DNA of 46,788 nucleotides from a virus (lineage: Duplodnaviria > Heunggongvirae > Uroviricota > Caudoviricetes), in IMG/VR virus record IMGVR_UViG_2690315742_000007; one strand, written 5' to 3'. This document shows positions 26,421 through 36,804 of this stretch, in pieces. Under the pieces are notes generated by a model. That model was given only the letters and a program-made list of their open reading frames with translations, did no database searches and had not been told where the DNA came from. A program made the translations under genes and the position numbers. The first letter of the stretch is position 1. Every line of letters begins with the position of its first letter.

Positions 26421-26650
26421 TGTTCATTCCACGGCCAAAAACAGAGAAAGGAAACGACAGAGGCCCAAAAGCTCGTTTTCAGCACCTGTCGTTTCCTTTC
26501 TTTTCAGGGGGTATTTTAAATAAAAACATTAAGTTACGACGAAGAAGAACGGAAATGCCTTAAACCGGAAAATTTTCATAAATAGCGAAAACCCGCGAGG
26601 TCGCCGCCCCGTAACCTGTCGGATCACCGGAAAGGACCCGTAAAGTGATA
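26421..26650 (-). other. cos region: cosB (about 26421..26597), cosN 12-nt cohesive-end sequence (about 26598..26609), cosQ (about 26610..26650)
   Basis: Plus strand aggtcgccgccc is the reverse complement of lambda's GGGCGGCGACCT; the flanking sequence also reads like lambda's left and right ends. Confidence 0.8.
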
Positions 26651-26808
26651 ATGATTATCATCTACATATCACAACGTGCGTGGAGGCCATCAAACCACGT
26701 CAAATAATCAATTATGACGCAGGTATCGTATTAATTGATCTGCATCAACTTAACGTAAAAACAACTTCAGACAATACAAATCAGCGACACTGAATACGGG
26801 GCAACCTC

Positions 26809-27042
26809 ATGTCAACGAAGAACAGAACCCGCAGAACAACAACCCGCAACATCCGCTTTCCTAACCAAATGATTGAACAAATTAACATCGCTCTTGAGCA
26901 AAAAGGGTCCGGGAATTTCTCAGCCTGGGTCATTGAAGCCTGCCGCCGGAGACTGTGCTCAGAAAAAAGAGTTTCTTCTGAAGCAAACAAAGAAAAGAGT
27001 GACATTACTGAATTGCTCAGAAAACAGGTCAGACCAGATTGA
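26809..27042 (+). CDS. ynfO: Qin-prophage small basic protein YnfO-like
   Basis: 77-aa ORF MSTKNRTRRTTTRNIRFPNQMIEQINIALEQKGSGNF...; position between cos and ydfO as in K-12. Confidence 0.6.
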   Translation: MSTKNRTRRTTTRNIRFPNQMIEQINIALEQKGSGNFSAWVIEACRRRLCSEKRVSSEANKEKSDITELLRKQVRPD

Positions 27043-27099
27043 AGCAATTTAGATAATCGTGCAGACTACGCCCCCTCATATCACATGGAAGGTTTATCT

Positions 27100-27510
27100 A
27101 TGGATCAGGTAGTCATTTTTAAACAAATATTTGATAAAGTTCGAAACGATTTAAACTATCAATGGTTTTATTCTGAGCTAAAACGTCACAATGTCTCACA
27201 TTACATTTACTATTTAGCCACAGAGAATGTTCATATTGTATTAAAAAATGATAATACAGTGTTATTAAAGGGCCTAAAAAACATTGTGTCTGTCAAATTT
27301 TCAAAGGATAGGCATCTTATAGAAACGACCTCTAATAAGCTGAAATCCAGAGAGATCACATTTCAGGAATACAGAAGAAACCTTGCTAAAGCAGGAGTTT
27401 TTCGGTGGGTTACAAATATCCACGAACAAAAAAGATATTACTATACCTTTGATAATTCATTACTATTTACTGAAAGCATCCAGAAAACTACACAGATCTT
27501 ACCACGCTAA
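27100..27510 (+). CDS. ydfO: DUF1398-family protein YdfO-like
   Basis: Internal Met start giving 136 aa ([39 protein letters not shown]...). Confidence 0.6.
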
Positions 27511-27661
27511 ACCATAACGTCCGGCTTCTCTCACTCCTGAGCCGGACTGCATTGGTTTAATAAAAACCATCAACAATTGTGATTTAGATATTCGGAACCA
27601 TTCAAATATAACAAAACCCCGTAAAAACGAGGTTTATGGATAAATTTTATTATTGAATACA

Positions 27662-27835
27662 TCAGATTAAATTAATCTTGACATCATAGCTTTCAAGACC
27701 CGTCATTTTTTCCCGTGCGGTAAACTGAATACTGGTAACTTCTTTCCCGGTCTTTTTCTTAAGTTCAATAATTTTTTTTGTTATATATTCAGAAATATCT
27801 GCTTCTGCTTTTGTTTTTAAGTTTTCAATATTCAT
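27662..27835 (-). CDS. gnsB: GnsB (small protein, GnsA/GnsB family)
   Basis: Hand-translated 57-aa ORF below the track's length cut-off: MNIENLKTKAEADISEYITKKIIELKKKTGKEVTSIQFTAREKMTGLESYDVKINLI. Confidence 0.7.
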   Translation of the reverse strand: MNIENLKTKAEADISEYITKKIIELKKKTGKEVTSIQFTAREKMTGLESYDVKINLI

Positions 27836-28006
27836 CATTTCCTCTTTTAGTCTGTTATGACTTTCCAGTTACACAGTAAGTCGATTATATGGTGCAAACG
27901 TGTAAAAGATAAGATGAAACATCGCAATAATCAACATACGATAGTCTAAATTTTACACAAACAGACAAAGAGAATTTTCCTGAATTATCAATGCAATAGC
28001 ATCAAA

Positions 28007-28162
28007 TCAACTCAAGAGCCTTATTGCTGCTTCCAGAATTTCTTCTGAAGTAACATGTCGATCCGCGGCTACATAAATGACTTTATGATCTCCGGTCAGA
28101 GATGGAAACCCTGCGGCCATTACAGTAAGGTGTGTTTTTTCGCCATTTGGATATTCACGCAT
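28007..28162 (-). CDS. ynfN: Small protein YnfN-like
   Basis: Track ORF 28007..28279; a 51-aa product from an internal Met (MREYPNGEKTHLTVMAAGFPSLTGDHKVIYVAADRH...) matches my recollection of YnfN. Longer in-frame starts exist. Confidence 0.45.
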   Translation of the reverse strand: MREYPNGEKTHLTVMAAGFPSLTGDHKVIYVAADRHVTSEEILEAAIRLLS

Positions 28163-28508
28163 GATGGTGTTAACTCCAGTCATCGCTGGCACTACCACTG
28201 CTGGTTCAGAGTTAAAAAAAACTATGATTTTTTTCATGATGTTACCGTAGTATGTGAGTATCCATCGAATAGACACCAAGCAAAAAAGCTCCCGAAGGAG
28301 CCTTCATTTTCACTTTTTTAAATCCAACGACAGACGGCTGGCATTTAAGTATTGTGAAATATTATCAAATGTAATCATCATTGATTTACAAAAGATACAT
28401 TTTGCCCCGAAAGGATTCATGTCAGAAACATCAAAAGATGATGTTCTATACTGGGAACCATGACAACACGGGCATCTAAAGTGAATATGGTTTGTAATAT
28501 TGTCTACC

Positions 28509-28721
28509 TCAAAGCGCCACTACATGAACAGCGGCAGGACCTTTAGGTCCGTTCTCAATACCAAATTCAACTTCCTGATTCTCAGTTAATGTTTTGAAAT
28601 CGTTGCTCTGAATTGCTGAGAAATGGACAAACACATCTTTGCTGCCATCTTTCGGCGTGATGAAACCAAAACCTTTTTCAGGGTTAAACCATTTCACTAA
28701 ACCAGTCATTTTGTTAGACAT
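28509..28721 (-). CDS. cspI: Cold shock protein CspI (CspA family)
   Basis: 70 aa, [38 protein letters not shown]...; RNP1/RNP2 motifs. Confidence 0.85.
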   Translation of the reverse strand: MSNKMTGLVKWFNPEKGFGFITPKDGSKDVFVHFSAIQSNDFKTLTENQEVEFGIENGPKGPAAVHVVAL

Positions 28722-29083
28722 AATTATTACCTTTTGAAGAAATTAGCCCTTGGGCAGAATGGTCCGAAAAAAAATATCAGAGAGAAAAACCAACAAGGAA
28801 ATCTCAAGAGGTACAAATAATAAAATTATAACAATGACTGCTTCAGATAAATTTGTAACAAACCAGAACACCATTAACGCATGATTAACCACCCATAGCA
28901 AGGATTACTTTTGTAAAGAAAAACACAGCAATGAAAGAATAGCTTTATTTATTAATAAAACGTGTCATTCTGATTAAGACCTTTTATCTTACCCTTAAGA
29001 TTTCAGGAATTTTGGCTCATGGAAGAGTCCTTTTTATTTAAATTTTACATTCCGCGATGTAAATGTTCCGATTTAATATTACC

Positions 29084-30107
<1,024 letters not shown>

Positions 30108-30111
<4 letters not shown>

Positions 30112-30419
30112 AGATATTTATGATGAGGACGCTCGTGCTTATTGGCAGGATTTTCAATCTTAAAGGAGTACTGATGCTGCAGATAAGACTCAACTTTTTC
30201 TGACAATTTTTCTGCTACTTCCAGGAAGACTTGCCGGACGCTCCTTCTGGCTGCTGCCTCATAAAACTCCAGCGCAGCTCCTTCAACACGGTCCATGGCG
30301 ACATCCAGGTCAAAAATTTCACCGTCAAAGCGTTCTTTGTCCTGTAAGGCTACAGTTACCGTAACTTTATTCTCAAAATTACGGACTCCTTTCACAACCA
30401 GTTCATAGTCTTGAGTCAT
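30108..30419 (-). CDS. ydfR: DUF1327-family protein YdfR-like
   Basis: 103-aa ORF between holin and endolysin, as in K-12 Qin. Confidence 0.55.
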
Positions 30420-30423
30420 TGGA

Positions 30424-30639
30424 TTACTCTCCTCTCGCAGCCTTACGCCTGTCTTCTTTAATCTTGAAATAAAGATTTGTCAGATACGTCAGCAGGCCAA
30501 AAACCAGGCTACCCAGCACACCGATTGCAGCCCACTGTGACGGAGTTACTTTATCGAGTAACTGCAATGCCCAGAAACCAGCATTACCCGCCGATGTGCC
30601 ATAGGCAACACCTGTTGTTAACTTATCCATTGATTTCAT
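30424..30639 (-). CDS. essQ: Holin (phage-21 S-type pinholin)
   Basis: Start at internal Met gives 71 aa [53 protein letters not shown]... with two TM segments. Confidence 0.75.
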   Translation of the reverse strand: MKSMDKLTTGVAYGTSAGNAGFWALQLLDKVTPSQWAAIGVLGSLVFGLLTYLTNLYFKIKEDRRKAARGE

Positions 30640-30857
30640 ATCCTCACCCCGATGTACACGGATGGTGCAATATGTTTGAAAAGATCGGAGTCTACGGGGT
30701 AGTTTTGACAGCACACGTTGTTCTCAACGGCGCTAAAAAACATACACATTAAAAATGTGGGTAATTATTTTGAAAGAAAGTCATATATAAAATAATAATA
30801 CGAGAAATGTTTTCATATTTAGTGTACTGTATACGGCCATTTATACAGGAAAAGCCT

Positions 30858-31028
30858 ATGTCAGAACGTAAAAACTCAAAATCACGCCGTAATTATCTCG
30901 TTAAATGTTCCTGCCCAAACTGCACCCAAGAGTCAGAACACAGTTTTTCAAGAGTACAAAAAGGTGCCCTTTTGATCTGCCCTCATTGCAACAAAGTATT
31001 CCAGACAAATCTTAAAGCTGTAGCCTGA
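30858..31028 (+). CDS. Small zinc-ribbon protein (two CxxC pairs), function unknown
   Basis: 56 aa from internal ATG with upstream AGGAAAAG; CPNC...CPHC spacing. Confidence 0.4.
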   Translation: MSERKNSKSRRNYLVKCSCPNCTQESEHSFSRVQKGALLICPHCNKVFQTNLKAVA

Positions 31029-31087
31029 TTGATTTTATTAGTAACAAGTATTTTTTATATTTTAATAATATATTTAAAGCAGATAAT

Positions 31088-31112
31088 AAAAAACCCGCCT
31101 GAGCGGGTTTGA
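31088..31112 (-). terminator. Rho-independent terminator hairpin (AACCCGC-ctga-GCGGGTT); stronger on the minus strand, possibly bidirectional
   Basis: Perfect 7-bp GC-rich stem; on the minus strand it is followed by TTTTTTATTAT. Lies downstream of cspB. Coordinates approximate. Confidence 0.5.
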
Positions 31113-31391
31113 GATTGTGGTGCTTTTTGTGGGAGTCATCCACTTACGCACTTTGTTTTGCCATGCCAGCAGTTAGCTTCTGCTGTAAAACTATTCATGC
31201 AGCAAACCTGCACTTCACCACAATGGTTAGCATACTTTTCCTGATTAAGATTTTGCCAAATATGCTAGCCATTGTTTCATGTATTGGACCTCCTTACTTT
31301 TTATTAAAGAGATCCAATATTCACTACTCTGTCCGTATCTCTACTCAGGCATCAGCCTTCTTCGTTATCGTATACAGACGAGCGATGAATT

Positions 31392-31607
31392 TTAATCAGT
31401 AATGATGACATTTGCTGCTGCAGGACCTTTAGCACCACTCTCTATAGAGAAGGTAACCTTTTGACCTTCAAATAAGGTTCGATAATTATCATTCTGAATC
31501 GCAGAAAAATGCACAAACACATCTTTACTACCATCAACAGGAGAAATAAAGCCGAAACCTTTATCAGCGTTAAACCATTTTACTAAACCAGTCATTTTAT
31601 TTGACAT
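31392..31607 (-). CDS. cspB: Cold shock protein CspB
   Basis: 71 aa, [34 protein letters not shown]... Confidence 0.85.
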   Translation of the reverse strand: MSNKMTGLVKWFNADKGFGFISPVDGSKDVFVHFSAIQNDNYRTLFEGQKVTFSIESGAKGPAAANVIITD

Positions 31608-31907
31608 TCTACATTCCTTAACTTGAGCCTTTCGGCATAAATGGTTTGCATAACAGAAACGACTTCGTACTTAATTGGAGAGACTCAAAGAAGGAATAAG
31701 TGAATAACACCTGAAATGAGAACTGCTTTAGTAAACTACTTCGTATATCGTCTGTTCTTCAAACCGACGCAATCATTAACGCATAGTTGAACATATGAAG
31801 CAATGTTTATTTTAGACATCCAGCCATCTTCAACCCCATCAAAAAACTATAGCTTTCTTCAGGAACGTGTGTATAGTGCGCCAAGTTATCAGTATTAAGG
31901 AATTTTT

Positions 31908-32120
31908 TTGTCCCGTAAAATGACAGGAATTGTCAAAACCTTTGACGGCAAAAGCGGCAAGGGTCTTATCACCCCATCCGATGGTCGTATCGATGTCCAG
32001 CTTCATGTTTCAGCGCTCAATCTCCGCGATGCAGAAGAAATTACCACCGGATTACGCGTGGAATTTTGCCGGATAAATGGTCTGCGTGGCCCTTCAGCTG
32101 CCAATGTTTACCTTTCATGA
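31908..32120 (+). CDS. cspF: Cold shock protein family member CspF
   Basis: 70 aa, [37 protein letters not shown]... Confidence 0.8.
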
Positions 32121-32402
32121 GCTATATTAAAGCTTTAATTTCAGGCCCCATCGGATCACACATGGAGAGTTTTTATGAATAACCCCGTCTGTCTTGATGA
32201 CTGGTTGATTGGCTTTAAAAGCTTATGCTGTACTTTGGCCGTAATAGCTCTGCTAATAATATAATAAGCAGACTCATTGTGTTTAGGGACATTGTACTGG
32301 AAGAAAACATTTTAAACATCAGGCAAATAACCAAGTCACCAGCTAAATAATAAGTTAACAGACATGAGTCCCGGGATGAGATTCAACATTACCATTGCCC
32401 CA

Positions 32403-32437
32403 TTTAAAGCACAAAACCCGCTCATCAGCGGGTTTTC
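32403..32437 (-). terminator. Candidate late terminator tR' downstream of the candidate late promoter
   Basis: Hairpin AAACCCGCT-gatg-AGCGGGTTT followed on the minus strand by UUGUGCUUU, about 45 nt downstream of the candidate pR'. Coordinates approximate. Confidence 0.45.
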
Positions 32438-32481
32438 TACTTTTTCTTAACGTCGGGTATACAAAGCCCATCGTTGAAAAA

Positions 32482-32510
32482 ATTTTATCCATATTTTTTG
32501 AAAAATGCAA
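32482..32510 (-). promoter_or_regulatory. Candidate late promoter pR' (sigma70: TTGCAT, 17-nt spacer, TAAAAT), the likely site of QuuQ action
   Basis: Read off the minus strand immediately downstream of the quuQ stop. Consensus-like hexamers only; not validated. Confidence 0.4.
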
Positions 32511-32541
32511 ACATCATGTCGCCATCTTCAGCAAAAATCAT

Positions 32542-33294
32542 TTATCTCGTCACCTTCCTCAATTGCGCTTCCGCGTATGCTTCTTCCTGCCAGCACTTTG
32601 TTACCAGTTTACCAATGACGTCCGCATACCCCTTATACCACTGATAATCGGTCAGGTCTGGTACCAGCTTCTGGACATGACGTCGTGCCAGCGTGGTCGG
32701 TAAACGACTAAACCGGTTTCCATTACAACGCCCACAAATCTTATATACCGGTACGCCATGAAACCGGGTTCTTTTTTCATCCAGAACAATCCCTTTACCC
32801 TTACACCCTCTGCACGCTGTGCTGGCTTCGCCCTTACCATGGCAATGCTGACATAGTTCCTTCACCCATTCTTCCTTGATTACAGATTCCCCGCGTCTGT
32901 AGTGTTTCACCACTTCGCGCAATACATTATAAAATCCCGTACCTGAACAATGCTCACAGCGAGCCTTACTTGCCGCAGACCTGGAGTAATCAGCAAAGGC
33001 AAAACTCACGAGGTAAGGAATAATCTGTAACCGGATTTCTTCACTCAATTTGTTCAATGTCGGGTTATCCAGTGCCATCGCGTAATTTAGCAGGCCTTCA
33101 ATCGCAAACTGAGGGTCCTGAACACCAACTTTTGCCAGAAATAAGGCCAACCCAAGTGGTGCTTTCGACTGCACCATCCCCTGCGCTGCCATTACATCCG
33201 TAATTGTTAAACAACCGGTGCCTGTCGCTGGAGCGTCATCGCTCAATTTTGGAGATTTTGGGGAGTAATATTTTGGTAAGGCTTCAAGGTTCAT
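32542..33294 (-). CDS. quuQ: Late-gene antiterminator Q (phage 21/82 type)
   Basis: Internal Met start gives 250 aa (MNLEALPKYYSPKSPKLSDD...); Cys-rich zinc-binding motifs (CEHCSGTG, CQHCHGKG, CRGCKGKG). Confidence 0.8.
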   Translation of the reverse strand: MNLEALPKYYSPKSPKLSDDAPATGTGCLTITDVMAAQGMVQSKAPLGLALFLAKVGVQDPQFAIEGLLNYAMALDNPTLNKLSEEIRLQIIPYLVSFAFADYSRSAASKARCEHCSGTGFYNVLREVVKHYRRGESVIKEEWVKELCQHCHGKGEASTACRGCKGKGIVLDEKRTRFHGVPVYKICGRCNGNRFSRLPTTLARRHVQKLVPDLTDYQWYKGYADVIGKLVTKCWQEEAYAEAQLRKVTR

Positions 33295-33307
33295 GCTCGT
33301 TCTCCAC

Positions 33308-34357
33308 TTACGCCAGTACGCCAATTGTCAGCGCGCGATCGATAAAACGAAATATCAGCTCCAGTTGGGAGCCATACTTATCTTCAAATGCCACTGTATC
33401 CGTATGCAGCTCGTTGTGATGCTTTCTGCACAAAGGCAACACAAAGAGATCATGTGCTTTTGTTCCCATTCCGCCCTGCCCGTGACCAATCAGATGATGC
33501 GGATCGTCGGCTGGCATACCGCAGCAAGCACACGGCTGTGTCTTAACCCAACGTGTGTATTTCTCCTTAACCCAGCGGCGACGTTTAGGCAGCTTCATGA
33601 AAGATTCCGGAGACTCTGGATCAACGGTGATGCTTACCACCGTCTTTTCCTGTGGTGATTTTTGTTGCTGGTGGGCGTAAGGCAACGGTGCAAGATTTTT
33701 TGTGCGTTGTTTCAATATGCTGGTGGCGGTCTGCTCTCCCGGTACGATGTCGCTTTCGCGGTACACCGAGCAGATTTTTTCCGCTGGTAATCCCAGCGAA
33801 CGACGCGATACAGCCTCAGGTAGTGCATCCACCACCTGATTGCAGACCGCCCACCAGGATAATTCAGCCAAAGATAATTCCCGCTCCTGCGTACCGCTTA
33901 TTGCGTGACGGATGACGTCAATCACCCATGCTGTCAGATTTTGTTGAGCAAGCAGCTCCAGTGATTCCGATGTCTGGTCACGCAGTTGGTTGTCGCAGTG
34001 CCAGCACAACACCATTGCGCCGGTACCATAACGGTGAATGACTGTTTCAGTGTGATGGTAATCGCCATTAGGCCACTGGCAGGATGTAACATGACGTAAT
34101 AGCCAGTCGGACAATGCGCCAACGCCGCCAGCAGCACGAATCACCCGTTCGTTACTAAAAAACGGCAGCAATGTTTTGTCTTCCGCCAGCGGCTGGCGAA
34201 CGGCAGGAACGACTCCGGATGGCAGATTACGCATGCTTTTTGGTTCCGGTTCCACCAGCACTCGAGGATTATGAAATATCTGTATGGATTCACGGCCCGG
34301 CTTAAGGACCACCAGCCCAAGCTCAGGCACCAGAACAGGTCTAAGTAATACCCGCAC
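33308..34357 (-). CDS. ydfU: DUF968-family protein YdfU-like
   Basis: Start assigned to an in-frame GTG preceded by GGAGG (349 aa); C-terminal Cys/His cluster (CACCG...HHLIGHG...CRKHH). Longest ORF is 362 aa. Confidence 0.55.
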   Translation of the reverse strand: MRVLLRPVLVPELGLVVLKPGRESIQIFHNPRVLVEPEPKSMRNLPSGVVPAVRQPLAEDKTLLPFFSNERVIRAAGGVGALSDWLLRHVTSCQWPNGDYHHTETVIHRYGTGAMVLCWHCDNQLRDQTSESLELLAQQNLTAWVIDVIRHAISGTQERELSLAELSWWAVCNQVVDALPEAVSRRSLGLPAEKICSVYRESDIVPGEQTATSILKQRTKNLAPLPYAHQQQKSPQEKTVVSITVDPESPESFMKLPKRRRWVKEKYTRWVKTQPCACCGMPADDPHHLIGHGQGGMGTKAHDLFVLPLCRKHHNELHTDTVAFEDKYGSQLELIFRFIDRALTIGVLA

Positions 34358-34358
34358 G

Positions 34359-34637
34359 TTACCTCCAGATCCGTTGCTGGAAAGTGCGGGACGCACGTGG
34401 TGGGCGTTCGGAATAAGGCAGCCTGACAGAGATTATCCAGTGCCGATAGTCGAGACTGAGAGCTTTCTTAACCTCGAACCCGCGCCTGCGGTAAGAATGA
34501 ATCAGCCATTCGGCCTGTTCTGCAGTGCATGGAGGGTGCTGGAACCATTCAGACTTGAATGCGTGAGAATACCGCCCGTGCGTGCAGGCAAGAACGGGCG
34601 AATTATCAGAATTGTAATATTTTGCGTTGCGTGCCAT
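34359..34637 (-). CDS. Hypothetical 92-aa Cys/His-containing protein, translationally coupled to ydfU
   Basis: ORF MARNAKYYNSDNSPVLACTHGRYSHAFKSEWFQHPPC... ends one nt before the ydfU GTG start. Confidence 0.4.
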   Translation of the reverse strand: MARNAKYYNSDNSPVLACTHGRYSHAFKSEWFQHPPCTAEQAEWLIHSYRRRGFEVKKALSLDYRHWIISVRLPYSERPPRASRTFQQRIWR

Positions 34638-34703
34638 CGGTTTTCTCCGGTGGCACGGTGTTACTCAGCGGGAGTTCAGCCCCGCGCAAGATTGTAGATG
34701 AGT

Positions 34704-34955
34704 TTATTCTCCTGAAAAAGCAGAAAAGCCAGCTTTTATTCCGATCTCTTTCAATGCCTGTAATGAAGTGACAAACTCACCTTCGCGCAAGATAAATCCG
34801 TCCGTGACCCGAGCATCCACAAAATTAATTAACGCAGCCCCATTCTTTCGCAAACACATAATGCGGTAATGACTAACAAGATTTCCATTTTCAACGCACA
34901 CAGCATAGAGGCCATCTTCACAAAAAATTTTACGCAGTTCTTCGATGTTCATCAT
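34704..34955 (-). CDS. rem: Small protein Rem-like
   Basis: 83-aa ORF next to hokD; length and position match K-12 rem. Assignment is from memory of the locus, not sequence identity. Confidence 0.45.
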   Translation of the reverse strand: MMNIEELRKIFCEDGLYAVCVENGNLVSHYRIMCLRKNGAALINFVDARVTDGFILREGEFVTSLQALKEIGIKAGFSAFSGE

Positions 34956-35084
34956 CAGAATCCTTCCGGATAATTAGCTCTCCCCTTTAAGGGACCATCC
35001 CTCTTATCCCTGCGCGCTACTTAAGTATTTTTGATTCTATTCCGGCACCGTCCAGAACTTCAAACGCGTTGAAAATAAAAACAA

Positions 35085-35105
35085 AAACCCGCCGAAGCGG
35101 GTTAA
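35085..35105 (-). terminator. Terminator downstream of hokD / relBE operon
   Basis: Hairpin AACCCGCTTCGGCGGGTT followed by a T-run on the minus strand. Coordinates approximate. Confidence 0.55.
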
Positions 35106-35171
35106 GTGCGGGTGCGTTGAGGATGCCTGCCACATCAGAGGTGGCGAGGGATTTCTCCCCCGCCGGGTCTC

Positions 35172-35327
35172 TTACTCCTCAGGTTCGTAAGCTGTGAAGA
35201 CAGCGACCTCCGTCTGGCCGGTTCGGATTCGTACCTCGCAGAGGTCTTTCCTCGTTACCAGTGCCGTCACTATGACGGTTAAACAGATGACGATCAGGGC
35301 GATTAACATCGCCTTTTGCTGCTTCAT
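35172..35327 (-). CDS. hokD: Hok-family type I toxin (HokD / RelF)
   Basis: Hand-translated 51 aa: MKQQKAMLIALIVICLTVIVTALVTRKDLCEVRIRTGQTEVAVFTAYEPEE. Confidence 0.8.
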   Translation of the reverse strand: MKQQKAMLIALIVICLTVIVTALVTRKDLCEVRIRTGQTEVAVFTAYEPEE

Positions 35328-35398
35328 AGCCTGCTTCTCCTGTCAACGCAAAGCAGAAGTGTCACCTTCGGTGCGAAACAGAGATGTCATGCTTTGGT

Positions 35399-35686
35399 TC
35401 AGAGAATGCGTTTGACCGCCTCGCTATATACTTCCGAGCGTTCTCTTTTCCCAACAGAAATCACGAAAACGACAACTTTCTCGTCTATAACCTGGTATAC
35501 AAGGCGATAGCCTGAAGACCGGAGCTTAATCTTGTAACAATCAGGCATACCACGGAGCTTGTTTGCTTCAATCCGGGGTGACTTAAGTACTTCAACCAGC
35601 TTCTTTTTCAACTGTTCACGTACCGTCGAGCCCAGCTTTCGCCATTCCTTTAGTGCCCGCTCGTCAAAATCCAGAAAATACGCCAT
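35399..35686 (-). CDS. relE: RelE mRNA interferase toxin
   Basis: 95 aa, MAYFLDFDERALKEWRKLGSTVREQLKKKLVEVLKSPRIEANKLRGMPDCYKIKLRSSGYRLVYQV... Confidence 0.9.
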   Translation of the reverse strand: MAYFLDFDERALKEWRKLGSTVREQLKKKLVEVLKSPRIEANKLRGMPDCYKIKLRSSGYRLVYQVIDEKVVVFVISVGKRERSEVYSEAVKRIL

Positions 35687-35925
35687 CAGAGTTCATCCAG
35701 CGTCACACGTACTGGCTTAGGATTACGAAGCCGTTCTTTCACTATCTCCACAAGTTCAGCATCTTCATCACTCAGGAGTGTCTGTTTGAACGGCAAGCGT
35801 TCATTGTCAGCGATATACTCGAGCATGAGACGAAGCGCTTCAGAAGGAGTTACACCCATTTTTTCAAGCGCGGCGTAAGAACGCGCTTTAAGTTCATCGT
35901 CAATACGCAGGTTAATGCTACCCAT
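35686..35925 (-). CDS. relB: RelB antitoxin
   Basis: 79 aa, MGSINLRIDDELKARSYAALEKMGVTPSEALRLMLEYIADNERLPF...; overlaps the relE start. Confidence 0.9.
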   Translation of the reverse strand: MGSINLRIDDELKARSYAALEKMGVTPSEALRLMLEYIADNERLPFKQTLLSDEDAELVEIVKERLRNPKPVRVTLDEL

Positions 35926-35936
35926 GTCTTACACCT

Positions 35937-35962
35937 CTTGTAATTACAAATGTCATTACAAG
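35937..35962 (-). promoter_or_regulatory. relBE operator/promoter palindromes (relO)
   Basis: CTTGTAAT...ATTACAAG inverted repeat with an inner perfect palindrome TTGTAATTACAA, immediately upstream of relB. Confidence 0.6.
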
Positions 35963-36255
35963 TATCGCACTACAACATGCTTAGGGCAAGTCACGAAGGA
36001 AGTCAGAAAGTAGTCGTAAGAACGGTGATCACTGTCCGCTTTGTGCCAGGAGCAGCCATTGCTAAGTCCATCCTGTATTGTGCAGGTCAGCTCGTTTTTA
36101 AAGAGTCCGGCCATCATCTTACTGGTACAGACACCATATACTTTGTGACGGTCAGGCTACATATGCACAACTCAACTTATTCATCTATTTTTTGCTTTAG
36201 CATGTCAGTGTTGCTTTCTCGTCGGCGGGTGAGCGGTGACCTGACCTGTCGATAA
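35950..36255 (+). CDS. ydfV: Hypothetical protein, possibly YdfV-like
   Basis: 101-aa ORF between relB and flxA; only length and position support it, and its start overlaps the relO palindrome. Confidence 0.3.
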   Translation: MSLQVSHYNMLRASHEGSQKVVVRTVITVRFVPGAAIAKSILYCAGQLVFKESGHHLTGTDTIYFVTVRLHMHNSTYSSIFCFSMSVLLSRRRVSGDLTCR

Positions 36256-36407
36256 AGGAACGTAACACGTTTTATGCAACACCCGCATGCGGCAGAAAAT
36301 TATTGCCGAACGTTTACCCCTGTCAACAAGCTTTACTTTCTGAGGCGCGCCAGCCCGCGAGGAAAACAATCTGAACATCAAACAATTAATGACACAAGAA
36401 ATACGAT

Positions 36408-36434
36408 TAAAGATTTTTTTGTGCATGCCGATAG
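36408..36434 (+). promoter_or_regulatory. Sigma28 (FliA) class-3 promoter upstream of flxA
   Basis: TAAAGATT, 11-nt spacer, GCCGATAG against consensus TAAAGTTT-N11-GCCGATAA; about 25 nt upstream of the flxA ATG. Confidence 0.6.
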
Positions 36435-36457
36435 TGCTTTTTTAAAAGGAGAAATCT

Positions 36458-36790
36458 ATGTCTGTCACAATTCAGGGAAATACCTCAACCGTTATTTCAA
36501 ACAACTCCGCCCCGGAAGGAACATCAGAAATAGCCAAAATCACAAGACAAATTCAGGTGCTGACTGAAAAGCTTGGGAAAATCTCATCGGAAGAGGGGAT
36601 GACGACACAGCAGAAAAAAGAAATGGCTGCATTGGTACAGAAGCAAATTGAAAGCCTCTGGGCTCAACTGGAGCAGTTGTTAAGGCAGCAGGCAGAGAAA
36701 AAGAATGAAGACGCGACAGTTCAGCCTGATAAAAAAGAAGAGAAAAAAGACGATACAAATACCGCTGGCACCATTGATATTTACGTCTAA
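36458..36790 (+). CDS. flxA: FlxA (FliA-regulated protein)
   Basis: 110 aa, MSVTIQGNTSTVISNNSAPEGTSEIAKITRQIQVLTEKLGK... Confidence 0.8.
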   Translation: MSVTIQGNTSTVISNNSAPEGTSEIAKITRQIQVLTEKLGKISSEEGMTTQQKKEMAALVQKQIESLWAQLEQLLRQQAEKKNEDATVQPDKKEEKKDDTNTAGTIDIYV

Positions 36791-36804
36791 GTGACAGCCG
36801 TATT

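Noticed and set aside
35330-35420. Possible Sok-like antisense RNA opposite the hok leader
   Set aside because: I could not identify a promoter or terminator pattern convincing enough to call an ncRNA.
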